A DNA stretch of 64,000 bases from Hypanus sabinus (GCF_030144855.1 NC_082706.1:36022001-36086000), one strand, 5' to 3'; positions 37,005 to 50,711 are shown, counted from the stretch's first letter. Numbers and translations: made by a program. Notes: generated by a model not told the origin, from the letters alone.

Positions 37005-40000
37005 CCTGACGGGTGATAGAGGATTTGTGGGCGAGAACAAGATTCCCAGATGGTATGTTGCCTTCTGGGTGCCAGGGCTTGGGATATCTCAGGTCGAGTC
37101 CTCAGCATTCTAGAGTGGGAGGGTGAACAGCCGGAGTTCATGGTCCATGTAGGTACCAATGACATGGGTAGGATGAGTGATGAGGTTCTGCATAAGGAAT
37201 TCAGGGAGTTAGGTGCTAAATTAAAGGGCAGGACCTCCAGGGTTGTGATTTCAGGATTGCTACCTGTGACACGATTTGTATGTGGCTAAGGACAGGGGGC
37301 GGGGCGGGGGGGACGGACATAAGAGTTTTGGATCATTGGGCTGTCATCTGGGAAGGTGGGACCTGTACAGACGGGACGGTTTGCACCTGAACTGGAGGGG
37401 GATGAATATCCTAGTGGGAAGGTTTGTTAATGCTGCATGGTGGGGTTTAAACTGAAGCTGCAGGGGGGATGGGAACCAGAGTGCCAGAACAGTTAGTGGA
37501 GAGTCTGTGGAGGCAGATGTTGGTAAGGACTCAGACAAGGTTAGGCTAGTGTCCTGAGGTGCGTTTATTTCACTGCAAGAAATATCGAAGGAAAGGCGGA
37601 TGAGCTCAGGGCATGGATCAACACCAGGAATTATGACATTGTAGCTATTAGTGAGACTTGGTAGCAGGAGGGGCAGGACTGGCAGTTTCTGGGGTTCCGT
37701 TGTTTTAGATGTGACAGAGCAGAAGGGACGGTCTTACTAACCAGGGAAAATGTCATGGCAGTTCTCCATCACGATAGACTGGATAACTCCCCTAATGAGG
37801 TGTTATGGGTGGAACTGAGTAACAAGAAAGGTTGACCACGTTACTGGGGCTATATTACAGAGCACCCAACAGTCTGAGGTAGGAAGAGGGACAAATTTGT
37901 AGAGAGGTCACAGACTGTTGCAAGAAACATAAGGTCATAATAGTAGGTGATTTAACTTTCCATATATTGACTGGGACTCCCATACTGTAAAAGGACTCGA
38001 TGGGATAGAGTTTGTTAAACATGTTCAGGAAAGTTTCCTTAATCAATACATAGAAATCCCAATGACAGAGTGTGCAATACTGGATCCACTTTTAGGGAAT
38101 GAGACAGGACAGGTGACAGGAGTTTATGTAGGGGAACACTTCATGTCCAGTGATCATATTGCCAATTTCAAAGTAAATATGCAAAAAGATAGGTCTGGTC
38201 CACAGGTTGAGATTCTAAATTGGAGAAAGGCTAATTCTGATGGTATCAGAAATAATCCTGCAAGTGTGAATTGGAACAGGTGGTTTTCTGGCAAAGGTGT
38301 ACTTGGAACGTAGGAGGCCTTCAAAACAAAATTTTGGAAATACAAAACTTGTATGTGCCTGTCAGAATAAAATGTAATGATAACAGGTGTAGGGAACCTT
38401 GGTTTTTAAAAGATATCGAGGACCTAGTTAAGAGAAAAATGCTAGTGCAGGTATAGGCAATTAGGAACAAATGAGATGCTTCTGGAATACAAGAAACGCA
38501 AGAGTACACGAGAAAGAAATTGGGAGGGCTAAAAGGAGGCATGAAATTGCTCTAGCAAACAAGGTGAAGGAGAATCCCCAAGGGATTTTACAGCTATGTT
38601 AAGAGCAAAAGGATTGCAAGGGACAAAATTTGTGCTCTGGCAGACCAGAATGGTAATTTATGCATGGAGCCAAAACATTAGGGGGAAATGTTAAATGAAT
38701 TCTTTGCATCTGTATTTATTTGGGAGATTGATACAGAGTCTATACAGCAAGCCAAAGCAGTATCAACTTCATAGACCCTGTACAGACTCCAGGGGAAGTG
38801 TTTGCTACCCTGAAGCAAACCAGGGTGAATAAATCACCAGGGCCTGACAAGGCTAGTGCAGAAATTGCCAGGGCTCTGGCAGAGATATTTAAAACATCCT
38901 TAGTGATGGGAGAGGTACCAGAGGATTGGAGGACAGCCAATGTTGTTCTGCTGTTTAAAAATGACTCTGAACAGAAACCAGGAAATTGTAGTTTGGTGAG
39001 TCTGTTGTTTGAAAGTTATTGGAAGGTATTCTAAGGGACTGGATATGTTATTATTTGGATAGACAGGGACTGATTAAGGATAGTCAACATGGATTTGTGT
39101 GTGGTAGGTCTTGTCTAACTAATCTTATAGAGTTTTTCAAGGAAGTTACCAAGAAAGTGCATGAAGGCAAGGCAATGGATGTTGTCTATATGGACTTTAG
39201 TAAGGCTTTAACAAGGTTCCACATGGGAGGCTGGTCAAGAAGGTTCAGTCGCTCGCCATTCAGGAGGAGGTAGTAAATAGAATCAGACATTGGCTTTGTG
39301 GGAGAAGCCAGAGAGTGGTGGTAGATGGTTGACTCTCTGACTGGAGGCCTGTGACTAGTGGAGTGCCGCAGGGTTCAGTGCTGGATCCATTGTTTGTTTG
39401 TCCTCCGTATCAATGATCTGAATGATAATGTGGTTAACTGGATCAGCAAGTTTGCAGATGACATCAAGATTGGGGGTGTAGAGGACAGCGAGGAGGGCAT
39501 CAGTGCCAGCAGCGGGATCTACACCAGCTGGAAAAGTGGGCTGACAATGGCAGATGCAAGTTAATGCAGACAAGTGAGAGGCGTTGCACTGTTAGGACTA
39601 ACCAGGGTTGGTCTTACACAGTGAATGGTAGGACACCGAGGAATGTGGTAGAACAAAGGGATCTGGGAATACAAGTCCATAGTTCATTGAAAGTGGCATC
39701 AAAGGTAGACAGGGTCATAAAGAAAGGTTTTGGCACATTGGCCTTCATAGATCAATATATTGAGTACAGGAACTGAGATGTTTATGTTGATGTTGTATAA
39801 GACACTGGTGAGGCCTAATTTGGATTATTGTGTGCAGTTTTGGTCACCTACCTACAGGAAACGATGTTAATAAGGTTGAAAGAGTGCAGAGAAAATGTTA
39901 TGGTGCCAGGTCTGGAGGACCTGAGTTATAAGGGAAGATTGAATAGGTTAGGACTGTTTTCTTTAGAATGTAGATGATTGAGGGGAGATTTGATAGAGGT

Positions 40001-40335
40001 CTACAAAATTATGAGGAGTATAGATAGGGTAAATGCAAGCAGGCTTTTTCCACTGAGGTTGGGTGGGTCTACAACCAGAGGTCATGGGTTATGGGTGAAA
40101 GGTGAAAAGTTTAGGGGAGCATGAGGGGTAACTTCTTCACTCAGAGGGTTGTGAGAGTGTGGAATCTGCTGCTAACAAGTGGTGCATGCAAGCTCCATTT
40201 CAATGTTTAAGTGAAGTTTGGATAGGTACGTGGATAGTAGGGGTGTGGAGGGCTGTGGTCCCGGAGCAGGTTAAATGGTTTCAGTTTGGATTAGATAGGC
40301 CAAAGGGCCGTTTCTGTGCTGTACTTCTCTATGAC
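37005..40335 (+). mobile_element. Long degenerate CR1 LINE (ORF1 esterase remnant plus APE-RT ORF2 to the 3' end)
   Basis: VCCLLGAR..VHVGTND; IIVGDFNF; KSPGPD; VPEDWRTANV; SQHGFVCGRSCLTNLIEFF; KFADDIKIG; (tctatgac) tail. Many stops. Confidence 0.92.
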
Positions 40336-40679
40336 TCTATTGTAAATATTGCACAGGGTTTGGCTTGTTAGTCATTTGGCATGGTTTGTCATTTGTTCAC
40401 CTATGGCCCCTACAACTCCCATGTCATTCAACGTACTGGTCCCCAATCAATATTGACATCCAATGACAGTCAACAATATCAAACTAAATTAGGGCAGCTT
40501 TGGGAGTTTAAGAACTGGTTAACTCAGATAGTGAAAATAAATGGGCTTCTGGCTGGTTAGGAGGCAGTGACCTGTGTAAGTCACAAAGATTGGTGCTGAG
40601 TACAATATATCCATCTGTTCTCAGAAAGGCTTTGACAGACATCAAAGATTAAGTGAAAAGGCAGGGAAACGTGAATAAA

Positions 40680-41250
40680 AACAGAAAATGCAGGAAAAAA
40701 ACACAGCCGGTCGGGCAGCATCTATGGAAAGAGAAGCAATTAACATTTCAGGTCAAAGGCCTTTCATCACAACAGAGGAAGAGGAAAAAGAAGTTAGTCT
40801 AAGTGGGTGAGAGGGTGACAGTGGGGAATGTCTATGTTCAGGTGCACAGTTAAGCTCCACTGTCTGTGAGATGTTATGATAGGGTACAGGGCACTGGGAT
40901 ATGCCCAGCAGCCAGAGTATACAAATGGGAAGGGAAAAATTGTGGAGAGGAACTGCAGGAGGATTGGCTGGTTCTGATAGAGACTGGAAGAAAGAGCAAG
41001 TGATCTAGTGCTGGGGATTCTGATGTTGGATCCCTCAGGCTGCCACATGCCCAGACTGAAGAAGGGTTCCTTGAGTTTATGTTGCCACAGGCAGAGAGAG
41101 AGAGATAGAAGGTGAACTAAATTGACTACCAAATTCTCAGGGCACTGAGCACAGACAGTCCACAGAGTGATCACCAGTCTGTGTTGAGTTTGTCCCAGTG
41201 TGAAACTTATTTGAGGCCATTTTGTGAACAACTCATTCAGTGCACTACAG
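40680..41250 (-). mobile_element. Degenerate Penelope-like element 3' portion
   Basis: HRLV...LGMWQPEGSNI remnants and a terminal hammerhead-like segment at about 40740-40770. Confidence 0.6.
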
Positions 41251-41559
41251 GATGGAAGAAGTGCAAATGAATCACAGCTTCACCCGGTTTGGCTCCCTAG
41301 GTGGTGGGAATGGAGAAGGGAAAAGGACAGGCATCGCTTTTCCTGTGGTCTCAAGGGAAATGACACACAACAGGGAGCAGTACATGGGGATAGGGAACAT
41401 GCAAGGGAGTGATCCCTTCAAAGTGCTGAGAGGGAAGGGAGGGCAATGTGTGTCCGATGGCTGAAGCTGGTCGGAATCGTTGCAGATTTCCAGCATCTGC
41501 AGTTTGTACTTATTTTCACTTACTGGGAAAATGGGAGCTCACTTACTTTGGTGGGAACA

Positions 41560-42360
41560 AAATAATTTCTTTAAAATAAGATTGAGTGATGTTGCTGTTC
41601 AAAGGGAGCTGTATACCTTTTTGAATTAGTTGGGTGAAGCAGGCCTGGTTCCAGTAATAATCACAGGCCCTGGCATCTGGAACACTGTGTACAGTTCCGG
41701 TCTCCCTATTGAAGGAAGGATATATGTGTGGTAGAGGGAGAGCAGTAAAGATTCACAGGATTGTTTCTTGGAATTGAGAAGAGGTTAAGCAGACCGGGCC
41801 TATTCTCTCACGTTTAGAAGAACAAAAAGGGATTTCATTAAATTGATGCTAAGTCAATATTCTAGACATTGTAATTGGGGGAAACACAATCTCAAAGAGG
41901 TGAACTGTTCAGGAAAGAGATTCTTCCCCAGAGACGAGTGAATCTTTGGAATTCTTTCCCAAATGGGGCTGTGGAGGCTCAGTCACTAATTACATTGTAC
42001 TGTAGAGTAACGTAATTGTACATAATTCACAACCACCGACATTGAGTTGGGGTTTCACTGTAAGAGGCTGTTCTGATGTGATGACGTAATTATGTCAGGG
42101 GCTTTTACCACGCTTTGCGTTCAGTGTTTGGAGTTCAATAATGAGTTAGGTTTTTCCTTAAACATAAAATGCCTCACGTCGTTGTTTTTGTGAAAACCCT
42201 CAACATCATAGAGAAAGATCAATGAAAGTTTAGATACAGATGGAATCGAGGGATATGGGATTATTGCAGGATAATGACACTAAGGGAAAAGGTCAATGAG
42301 GCATTGATCTTTCTGAATGGGGACCAGACACAACAGGCAAAATTACTTCTTTATGTTCTT
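41560..42360 (+). mobile_element. Old CR1 3' fragment
   Basis: HLEHCVQFRSP and RRVNLWNSFP remnants. Confidence 0.7.
41996..42202. mobile_element. Short solo LTR (207 bp, TG...CA, 4-bp TSD ACAT), probably Gypsy, nested in the CR1
   Basis: acat|TGTAC...CCCTCA|acat; CR1 sequence resumes on both sides. Confidence 0.65.
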
Positions 42361-42602
42361 AATTCCCCGACGAGAACGACAGGATCCAAAGCACATTTCT
42401 GACCAAAGCTCCAAACGTTTGACTGCCAGTCCGCCAACCTAACATCAAAGCCACTACATTGACTACGTAACTTCCAAAGCCACAGGCAAAGTGTCTGTCA
42501 AAGAACTATCCACTTCAATCCATGACATCAAGGTCGGATCAAAGACCAGCAGAAAAGCGTCAGTGGGTTTGCTTCCCGGACTGAGCTACGGAAGTCACTC
42601 TG

Positions 42603-42734
42603 TTTTCCCAGACAATGCTTCTCCAGTGAGGGGAGCCTGCCCAGCTGCTGTGGAATTGTGAAGCACATTTTCCCAGACAATGCTTCTCCAGTGAGGGGAG
42701 CCTGCCCAGCTGCTGTGGAATTGTGAAGCACATT
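42603..42734 (+). repeat. Perfect 65-bp tandem duplication
   Basis: ttttcccagacaatgcttctccagtgaggggagcctgcccagctgctgtggaattgtgaagcaca occurs twice. Confidence 0.95.
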
Positions 42735-43839
42735 CAGTGGATCTAGCAATTTAGATTCATAAAGCACCATTAACCAATCAAAACATCCAAGAATATTCTA
42801 AGTGGAATTTCCAAATAATTTGACGCCAAGACAAATGAGGACAGTTGGGACAGTTGATGAAAAGTGTGGTCAAATGGATTGGATTTTAAGGAAGTGGTGT
42901 TTATGAAGAGAACTCTACAGTTTAGAGATGATCAGAACTGATTGAACAACTGAAGTGAAAGGATAGAATGTGATAATGGAGGTTTGATGTGGGATGAGAA
43001 TCCTAAAACTAAGCCATTGCCTTATCTGGCACCAGTACAGGCCAGGAGTGACTCACTTGGTTTAAATTCTTTAAAGACAACAGACTACTCTAATTTCAAG
43101 CAGGATTTGTATTCTGAGGTAAAGGCTGGATGTTTTTTTTAAATCTTGACTTTTGAGGTGTCACTTATTATTTTTCAGAATTAGAAGCTGAATTCTAGAC
43201 AATTCTGAGAAGTTTTGGCAGACTACTGGTAGTCTGGGTCAACACAGAAACATACCACAACCACTTAACAAAACAATGCACATTCAGCACATATTTGAGA
43301 TTAAGATACTTGTTTCTTCCTTCCATCTCCCTGTTTGTTTACCTCAGTCTCTGCTCCTATCAGCTGTGTGTATTTTGCACACACTTCTCATCTAATCCAG
43401 TTAGGGTTAATTAATCCTTGAGGTAGGTGGGTGGGTGGGAGGGAGAGGAAGAGGCTGGGATATCAGAGTAGAACATTATACCATAGGCCGTGAAGGTGAG
43501 ATCACACTGTGCAAGAGTGGTTCCTGCTATGTGTCTCATGCAAACTGATATGGCAAGAAATATCTATTGTTTAAAGTGCCATTCTGGGTTTACAGTATGA
43601 TATTGTTGTTGGTAGTGACTGTGAACAGCTAAGTTCTGAAAGGGTTAAAACAACTTTAGTCCACAACCTGACAGGTGGGAATGGCTTTGATCAAATTGGC
43701 AATCAAATTTCCCAGAATGACTCATATTCTAATTCAGGCAGTTTTGATTAACTTGATTGTTAAAAGTTATTTATTTTTCTCCAACACTACAGAGTTACTG
43801 ATGCTGAATAGTAGATTTTTTTTTAGCTCTCTCCGAGTC

Positions 43840-43900
43840 ATGGATTCAAGTTGTGGAATGTGGACGCTCCTCTGGTTCAGTTTGGCTCTTGTGCAGGAAG
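43840..43900 (+). CDS. ASTL: ASTL-like first coding exon (signal peptide)
   Basis: gtcATGG Kozak context, MDSSCGMWTLLWFSLALVQE G|gtagtg. An upstream ttttttttag acceptor at 43826 suggests a non-coding 5' exon. Confidence 0.7.
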
Positions 43901-43968
43901 GTAGTGGCTGTTTTAAATTTAGTTTGGGTTTTGTGTGTGTGTGCTTTACTCTCTCTGTTGAACAACAG

Positions 43969-44091
43969 TTTCTATTCCTGTTGTAACAATAGGTCAGAGT
44001 GAAGTCAAAGAGCCGGACAGCAAATCTCAGCTGGATGCTGCTCAAACCAAGACCATGCTTACAGAAGGTGCGATTGTCAGGATGAACCAGA
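43969..44091 (+). CDS. ASTL: ASTL-like exon 2 (propeptide); alternative in-frame acceptor at 43993
   Basis: caacag|TT TCT...CAG A|gtatgt, (V)SIPVVTIGQSEVKEPDSKSQLDAAQTKTMLTEGAIVRMNQ, phase 1/1. The I..MN segment is typical of astacin propeptides. Confidence 0.7.
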
Positions 44092-44319
44092 GTATGTTTC
44101 TGACCTTCCTTGTGTTCATTTCAGTGTGGATGGGGTGAGTTATTCTTGGCAACTGCTGTGGGAGTTCGTTTGAACCTTTTGCTAAAGACTTATCTGAAAG
44201 AAATCTCAGATAGCAACAGATGGACAGGTATTTCTGAAAGTCTTCTGTTGCCCTGGTAAAACTGACACCTTTTAGTGAAGCATGTGGCAGCGTTGTGTTA
44301 AATTGCTTCGCTGTGAATG

Positions 44320-45740
44320 TGAACATAGAATAGTACAGCACATTACAGGCCCTTCGGCCCACAATGTGGTGACGACCCTCAAACCCTGCCTCCCATATAA
44401 CCCCCCACCTTAAATTCCTCCATATACCTGTCTAGTAGTCTCTTAAACTTCACTAGTGTATCTGCCTCCACCACTGACTCAGGCAGTGCATTCCACGCAC
44501 CAACCACTCTCTGAGTGAAAAACCTTCCTCTAATATCCCCCTTGAACTTCCCTCCCCTTACCTTAAACCCATGTCCTCTTGTACTGGGCAGTGGTGCCCT
44601 GGGGAAGAGGCGCTGGCTGTCCACTCTGTCTATTCCTCTTAATATCTTGTACACCTCTATCATGTCTCCTCTTAACCTTCTTCTCTCCAAAGAGTAAAGT
44701 CCTAGCTCCCTTAATCTCTGATCATAATCCATAACCTCTAAACAAGGCAGTATCCTGGTAAATCTCCTCTGTACCCTTTTCAATACTTCCACATCCTTCC
44801 TATAGTGAGGTGACCAGAACTGGACACAGTACTCCAAGTGTGGCCTAACTAGAGTTTTATAGAGCTGCATCATTACATCGTGTCTCTTAAACTCTATCCC
44901 TCGACTTATGAAAGCTAACACCCCATAAACTTTCTTAACTACCCTATCTACCTGTGAGGCAACTTTCAGGGATTTGTGGACATGTACCCCCAGATCCCTC
45001 TGCTCCTCCACACTGCCAAGTATCCTGCCATTTACTTTGTACTCTGCCTTGGAGTTTGTCCTTCCAAAATGTACCACCTCACACTTCTCCAGGTTGATCT
45101 CCATCTGCCACTTCTCAGCCCACTTCTGCATCCTATCAATGTCTCTCTACAATCTTCGACAATCCTCTACACAATCTACAACACCACCAACCTTTGTCAT
45201 CTGCAAACTTGCCAACCCACCCTTCTACCCCAACATCCAGGTCGTTAATAAAAATCACAAAAAGTAGAGGTCCCAGAACCGATCCTTGTGGGACACCACT
45301 AGTCACAACCCTCCAATCTGAATGTACTCCCTCCACCACGACCCTCTGCCTTCCGCAGGCAAGCCAATTCTGAATCCACCTGGCCAAACTTCCCTGGATC
45401 CCATGCCTTCTGACTTTCTGAATAAGTCTACCATGCAGAACCTTGTCAAATGCCTTGCTAAAATCCACGTAGATCACATTCACTGCACTACCCTCATCTA
45501 TATGCCTGGTCACCTCCTCAAAGAACTCTATCAGGCTTGTGAGACATGATCTGCCCTTCACAAAGCCATGCTGACTGTCCCTGATCAGACCATGATTCTC
45601 CAAATGCTCATAGATCCTTTCTCTAAGAATCTTTTCCAACAGCTTTCCCACCACAGCCGTAAGGCTCACTGGTCTATAATTACCTGGACTATCCCTACTA
45701 CCTTTTTTGAACAAGGGGACAACACTCGCCTCCCTCCAAT
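44320..45740 (-). mobile_element. Young 5'-truncated CR1 LINE in ASTL intron 2
   Basis: Two long near-intact ORF2 segments (45136-45714, 44379-45131) separated by a single frameshift, followed by the CR1 3' end. Confidence 0.95.
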
Positions 45741-45789
45741 TGTTAAGAATCTTTTCGTTCTGAGTTTCCGAGGTTTCTTCTGCCTGCAG

Positions 45790-45851
45790 GTTTTCTTCAA
45801 CGTGGAATGCACGTGAGGAGCTTCTCCATCGAAGGAGATATTATCAAACCT
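45790..45851 (+). CDS. ASTL: ASTL-like exon 3 (aspartate-switch EGDI motif)
   Basis: ctgcag|GT...CCT|gtgagt, 62 bp, (S)[20 protein letters not shown]. Confidence 0.9.
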
Positions 45852-46281
45852 GTGAGTTTCTTCCCGTTCATTTTTCCTTTATATTTTGGATTTATTCTCG
45901 TGATGTTATATCGCACCCGTTAGGCTTGGCTGGTTGGGACTGATGTGGTTGTGTATTGCCGTATGGGGAGTACCCACAGCCAGGGTGGTGTACGGTTTCT
46001 GTGTGGACCGTCCTGATGTTGACAGAATCGAGGAAACCGCTTGCCTTTCATCCACCGTCTTTCCCATTGTCCACATCCCTGTTTGTGCCTGGAGAAGGGC
46101 ATGGTGCATTCAGTGACCAGTTCATACGCCAGGATGTATTGAACCAGTCCTTACTTCGATGCGTGGGTCTGAATACCTCCCCATGCCTGGGCTGAATCGG
46201 GACACAGATAGGAGGTCGACGGGGTGTAAACCTGTTATTTTTGAATGCCCCTGGTGACTGTAACTTGCTGCTTTCTCTCAG

Positions 46282-46375
46282 CTCCGGCAAAACATCGTAA
46301 TGTACCAAACCCAAACGTGGCCGAAATCCCCAGACGGCATGGTGAGGATTCCGTACAAGATCTCGCCGCAGTACG
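46282..46375 (+). CDS. ASTL: ASTL-like exon 4
   Basis: ctctcag|CTC...TAC G|gtaggt, 94 bp, LRQNIVMYQTQTWPKSPDGMVRIPYKISPQY. Confidence 0.92.
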
Positions 46376-46544
46376 GTAGGTGGGAATGGGGTTGGAAGCG
46401 GTGGTGGCAGCTTTAGATGTCCTGACTTTGGTGTGACTGCTCCTGAATTACCAGTAGACAGGTGTCATGGGACAGCTGAAGGCATGGCACCCTCACCTCA
46501 CTGTCTTTGGGGGGGAGAAACACTTCAAGTCATGGGGAGGGGAC

Positions 46545-46745
46545 ACGCAAAATGCTGGAGGCACTCAGTAGACTGGGCAGCATCTATATGAAACAGTGCA
46601 GTTGACGTTCCGGGCCGAAACCCCCTGCCGAAAGGGCCTGAAACGTCGACTGTACCTTCTTCCATAGGTGCTGCCTGGCCTGCTGAATTCCTCCAGCATT
46701 TTGTGTGTGTTGCTCAGATTTCCAGCATCTGCAGATTTTCTCTTT
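46545..46745. mobile_element. Penelope-derived foldback element
   Basis: Inverted arms caaaatgctggagg / ctccagcattttg around remnants including GAAACGTCGACTG (46640-46652). Confidence 0.75.
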
Positions 46746-47074
46746 GTGAGGTCATGGGGTCACAGATTTGTTTTATACTCGGCATTGTGCATACAGAGCT
46801 TCCTACTTGGACACCTAACGCACCAAAGGTTTGGAGATGTGACCAGACGAAATAGCGTAGAGTAACCCCTTCAAACCAGCGACTGCCAACAATCCCGATT
46901 TAACATTAACGTAATCACGGGGTGGCTAGCAATGGCTGACTAACCGACCCGGTACATCTTTGGACTGCACGTGGGAAAACCCAGGCATTCGGCAGGGAGG
47001 ACGTCCAGACGGCGCTGGAATTGAACTCCGGAGCGTCCTGGGATGGTGTCGTGCTAACCGTGGCCAGACATCCT

Positions 47075-50000
47075 TCTCTATCCATGTGACTCAAGGGCTC
47101 ATGTCGCCACCTTTGGACGGCCTTAATCTGGAGAAAAGACTTTCCTTGCACCTACTCTAGCCCCCCTCATGATTTTATAAACCCCCATGAGGTCATCCCT
47201 CGGTCTGCTATGCTACGAGGAATAAAGTTCTAGCATATCCGGCTCTCCTCCTAACCCAGGCTCTCTAGTCCTGGCAGCAACCTTCTAGATCGTTTTCCAG
47301 TTTCCCTACATCTTTCTAAACTATGCAGAGTACTCCATGTGCGTCCTCACCTCTAACTTACTCACTCTCCTGACTGAAGGCCAGTGAGCGAAACGCCCTT
47401 TTCTCCACCCTGTCTGCCTGTGATGCTGCTTTCAATAAACCAAGTGCCTCTGTTCCATCACACCCCTTCGTGCCCTGCCATTCATCGGCAAGTCCTAGGC
47501 TGGTCTGACACTCCAAAATGCATCACCTTGCACTTTATAGTAAAACACATTTGGCCTACCTTCCTAACTGAGCAAGATTCTCTAATCTAACCTAACTTAG
47601 TGTCCTTTCCAAACTCTGTTGATCAAGCTTTGTGCCTCTGATTCCAAACCTACTGATCACTTAACCAAAAATGGTCCCAACACCAACCCCTGTGAGACTA
47701 CTACTGGTCACCGGTCTCCATTCTAAGAAACCACCACCTGCTTCCTATCTCTGAGCTCATTTTGAACGAACTTAACTTGCTCCGCTTAGACTCCATGAGA
47801 CCTAACTTTCCAGACCAGCCTGCCGTGCGGCACTTGGTGAACCCGTGGAATTCTTTGCCACAGGCAGCTGTGGAGGTCAAGTCTTCATGCATGTTTAAGG
47901 CAGAGGTTGATAAATTCTTGATTGGTCAGGACATGAAGGGATACGGGGAGAAGGCAGGAGAGTGGGGCTGTGAGGGAAAATGGGTTAGCCATGATGAAAT
48001 GACGGAGCAGGCTTGATGGGCCAAATGGTCTAATTCTACTCCTTTAGGTCTTGTCAAAGGCCTTGCTAAACTCCACTGCTCTGCTCTCATCCATCCTTTT
48101 GGTTTCCTCTTCCAAAAGCTCTGAAAAGTTTGCCGAGTATGACTGCCCTCACACAAAGTCGTGCTGACTCTTCCTGATGAGACTCCATCCAAATGCTGGT
48201 AAATCCAACTCCTCAGAATTCCCTCCAGTAACTCAATATCCTTCTGAAACCATGGAACAACTTTTGCCAGCTTCCAGTCTTCGAGAAATCAATGCAGCGA
48301 ATCACCATGGGGGGGGGGGGGGGGGTTCTGTATTTTCTACTCTAGCCTCCCACAAAATGCAATTGGTCAAGAAATGGGGTTTCATCCACTTTAATGTGCT
48401 GCACGGCTATAAATACTTGGTCATATCAATGTCCTTCAAAACATCTTTATTTTTTTTGCCTTGTCTCTTGAACAACTATTATTTTCTCCTCAGGAAGCAC
48501 TGAAAATAAATATTTTTTAAAAAAATTCCCCTCTGGCTCAAGACATAGGCCTCTCTCCCTAGTCACCTTTTAATATAACTATAGTATCTCCTGGGATCTT
48601 CCTTGCCTGTCAGATCCATCAATGCCCTCTCATTTCCCTTAAATGTTTTCTTAATCTTTTTATATTTTCAAGGGGTTACACTGATCCCCAACTTCCTAAG
48701 CCCAATGTATGCTCCCTTCTTTTCTTGACCAGAATCTCAATATCTCTCATTAGGCAAGGGTTAAGCTTGCCAGGGTTATCAGTCACCCTACCAGGAACAT
48801 GTTGGTGTTAGACCCTAGCTCTCACACTCTTCTCCACTTGCCATGTTTATTTTCCTTTTGTCTTCAAACAGGTTCACCCGATCGATCTCTGAGAGCTCCT
48901 GCCCAGTTGCTCAAGAACCAGCCCTACTCCATTTGACCCGTCCTATTGTTTTTCATCATTATTATGAAACTAATAGAATTCTGCACACTAGAGCAAAATG
49001 CTCCTTGACTGCCCCCTCAGTCATTTGCCCTGCCTCGTTCTGTAAGGAGGTCTAGTGCTGCACCTTGAGGGGCCCTCAGATGTATACAATCCCTCGACAT
49101 ATTTCACAAATCCCACCCCGTCCACTGTATTGCATACCTCCATCATATTTCCTCTTAAAATCCACCACCAAATATCCAGTCACTCCTCATAACTGGATAT
49201 TCCCTCCTAGAAAGCACCTCGGTGAACCCCCTCTGCCACCTCTTCAATCCAGTGACATCCTTCCTACAGTGTGGTGACCCAAACTGCATGCCGTACTCTG
49301 AGTGAGGTCTGATCTCCTGGCAGTTGGGTAACTTTTTGGCTGCTTCTGTAACTATTATTTGACCATTCAAAGTTGTTATCCCTGAGCTGAGCTGAACCCC
49401 CCCCCCCCCACCAAACCAGGAGGACCATTGGACCCCTCTTAGTCTGGCCTCTACCCTTCGACCTGTTTGGCATGGGTGACCCTACCAAAAGTCAAAGCAC
49501 AAGCACTGACTCCAGCTCTCCATGAAGGTACAACCCTACAACAAGTTTGGAGGTGAGTTCTGACCAAATATGGTGTAGAAAGCTCCCTGTCCTAACTAAT
49601 GAGGCTAGTGTCACCATAACCATACTAAGTACATGTGCTGCCACCATCAAGGATCAAGTACATGAAGGTCCCTTTGTCCCTCAGACTTGTAATCCCAAAA
49701 TGCATCAGCTCACAATTAAACGCCATCTGCCACTCCTCATCCCACGTCACCCACGCATTGACATCACCCTGTAGCTTAAGACCACCCACCACTGTCAACG
49801 ACTCCCCCCAATCCTTGTGCTGTCGGTAAACTTGCAGATCACAGAAACATAAAAAACCTACAGCACAGCACAGGCCCTTCGGCCCACAATGCTGTGCTGA
49901 ACATGTATTTTAGAAATTACCTAGGGTTACCCATAGCCCTCTGTCTTTCTGAGACCTAAGAGTCTCTTAAAAGACCCCATTGTATCCACCTCCACCAACG

Positions 50001-50460
50001 TCGCCGGCAGCCCATTCCATGCTCTCATCACTCTCTGAGTTCTTTTTAAATTTACATCTCCTCTGTACCTACTTCCAAGCATCTTAAAACTGTGCCCTCT
50101 TGTGATAGCCATTTCAGCCCTGGGAAAAGCCTCTGACTATCCACATGATAAATGCCACTCATCGTCTTATACACCTCTATCAGGTCACCTCTCATCCTCC
50201 GTCACTCCAAGGAGAAAAGGCTGAGTTCACTCAACCTATTCTCATGAGGCATGCTCCCCAATCCAGGCAACAGCATCATAAATCTCCTCTGCACCCTTTC
50301 TATGGTTTCCACGTCCTCCACATAGTGAAGTGACCAGAACTGAGCACAGTACTCCAAGTGGGGTCTGACCAGGGTCCAATATAGCTGTAACATTACCTCT
50401 CGGCTCTTAAACTCAATCCTACGGTTGATGAAGGCCAATACACCATATGCCTTCCTAACC
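47075..50460 (-). mobile_element. Cluster of degenerate CR1 fragments (mostly minus; plus-strand 3' piece at about 47835-48050; younger piece at 49845-50460)
   Basis: LVRPHLEYCAQFWS, ERVQRRF and RGHSFK motifs. Confidence 0.75.
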
Positions 50461-50593
50461 AAAGATCATGCCTCCCTTGTCTGCAACACTCAAGTCCTTT
50501 CACAGCTGCATCCTGTTCCCATTTTCAATTTTTAATCTGCAGGATCTGTAGTATTTTTTTTAAAACCTACATGATACTTTCCCTTTCCTGCAG

Positions 50594-50711
50594 ACGAACA
50601 GACCCAGAGAGAGATCGGCCGAGGCTTCAAGGAGTTTGAAAGATTCACCTGCATCCGATTTGTACCTCACACTGACGAGGAGGACTTCATCTCTCTTCAG
50701 CCTGTTCCTGG
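50594..50711 (+). CDS. ASTL: ASTL-like exon 5
   Basis: cctgcag|AC...GG|gtacgt, 118 bp, (D)EQTQREIGRGFKEFERFTCIRFVPHTDEEDFISLQPVP(G). Confidence 0.95.

Noticed and set aside
42603-42734. CRISPR-like repeat or other prokaryotic system
   Set aside because: Simple tandem duplication without spacers; the whole window is spliced eukaryotic DNA.
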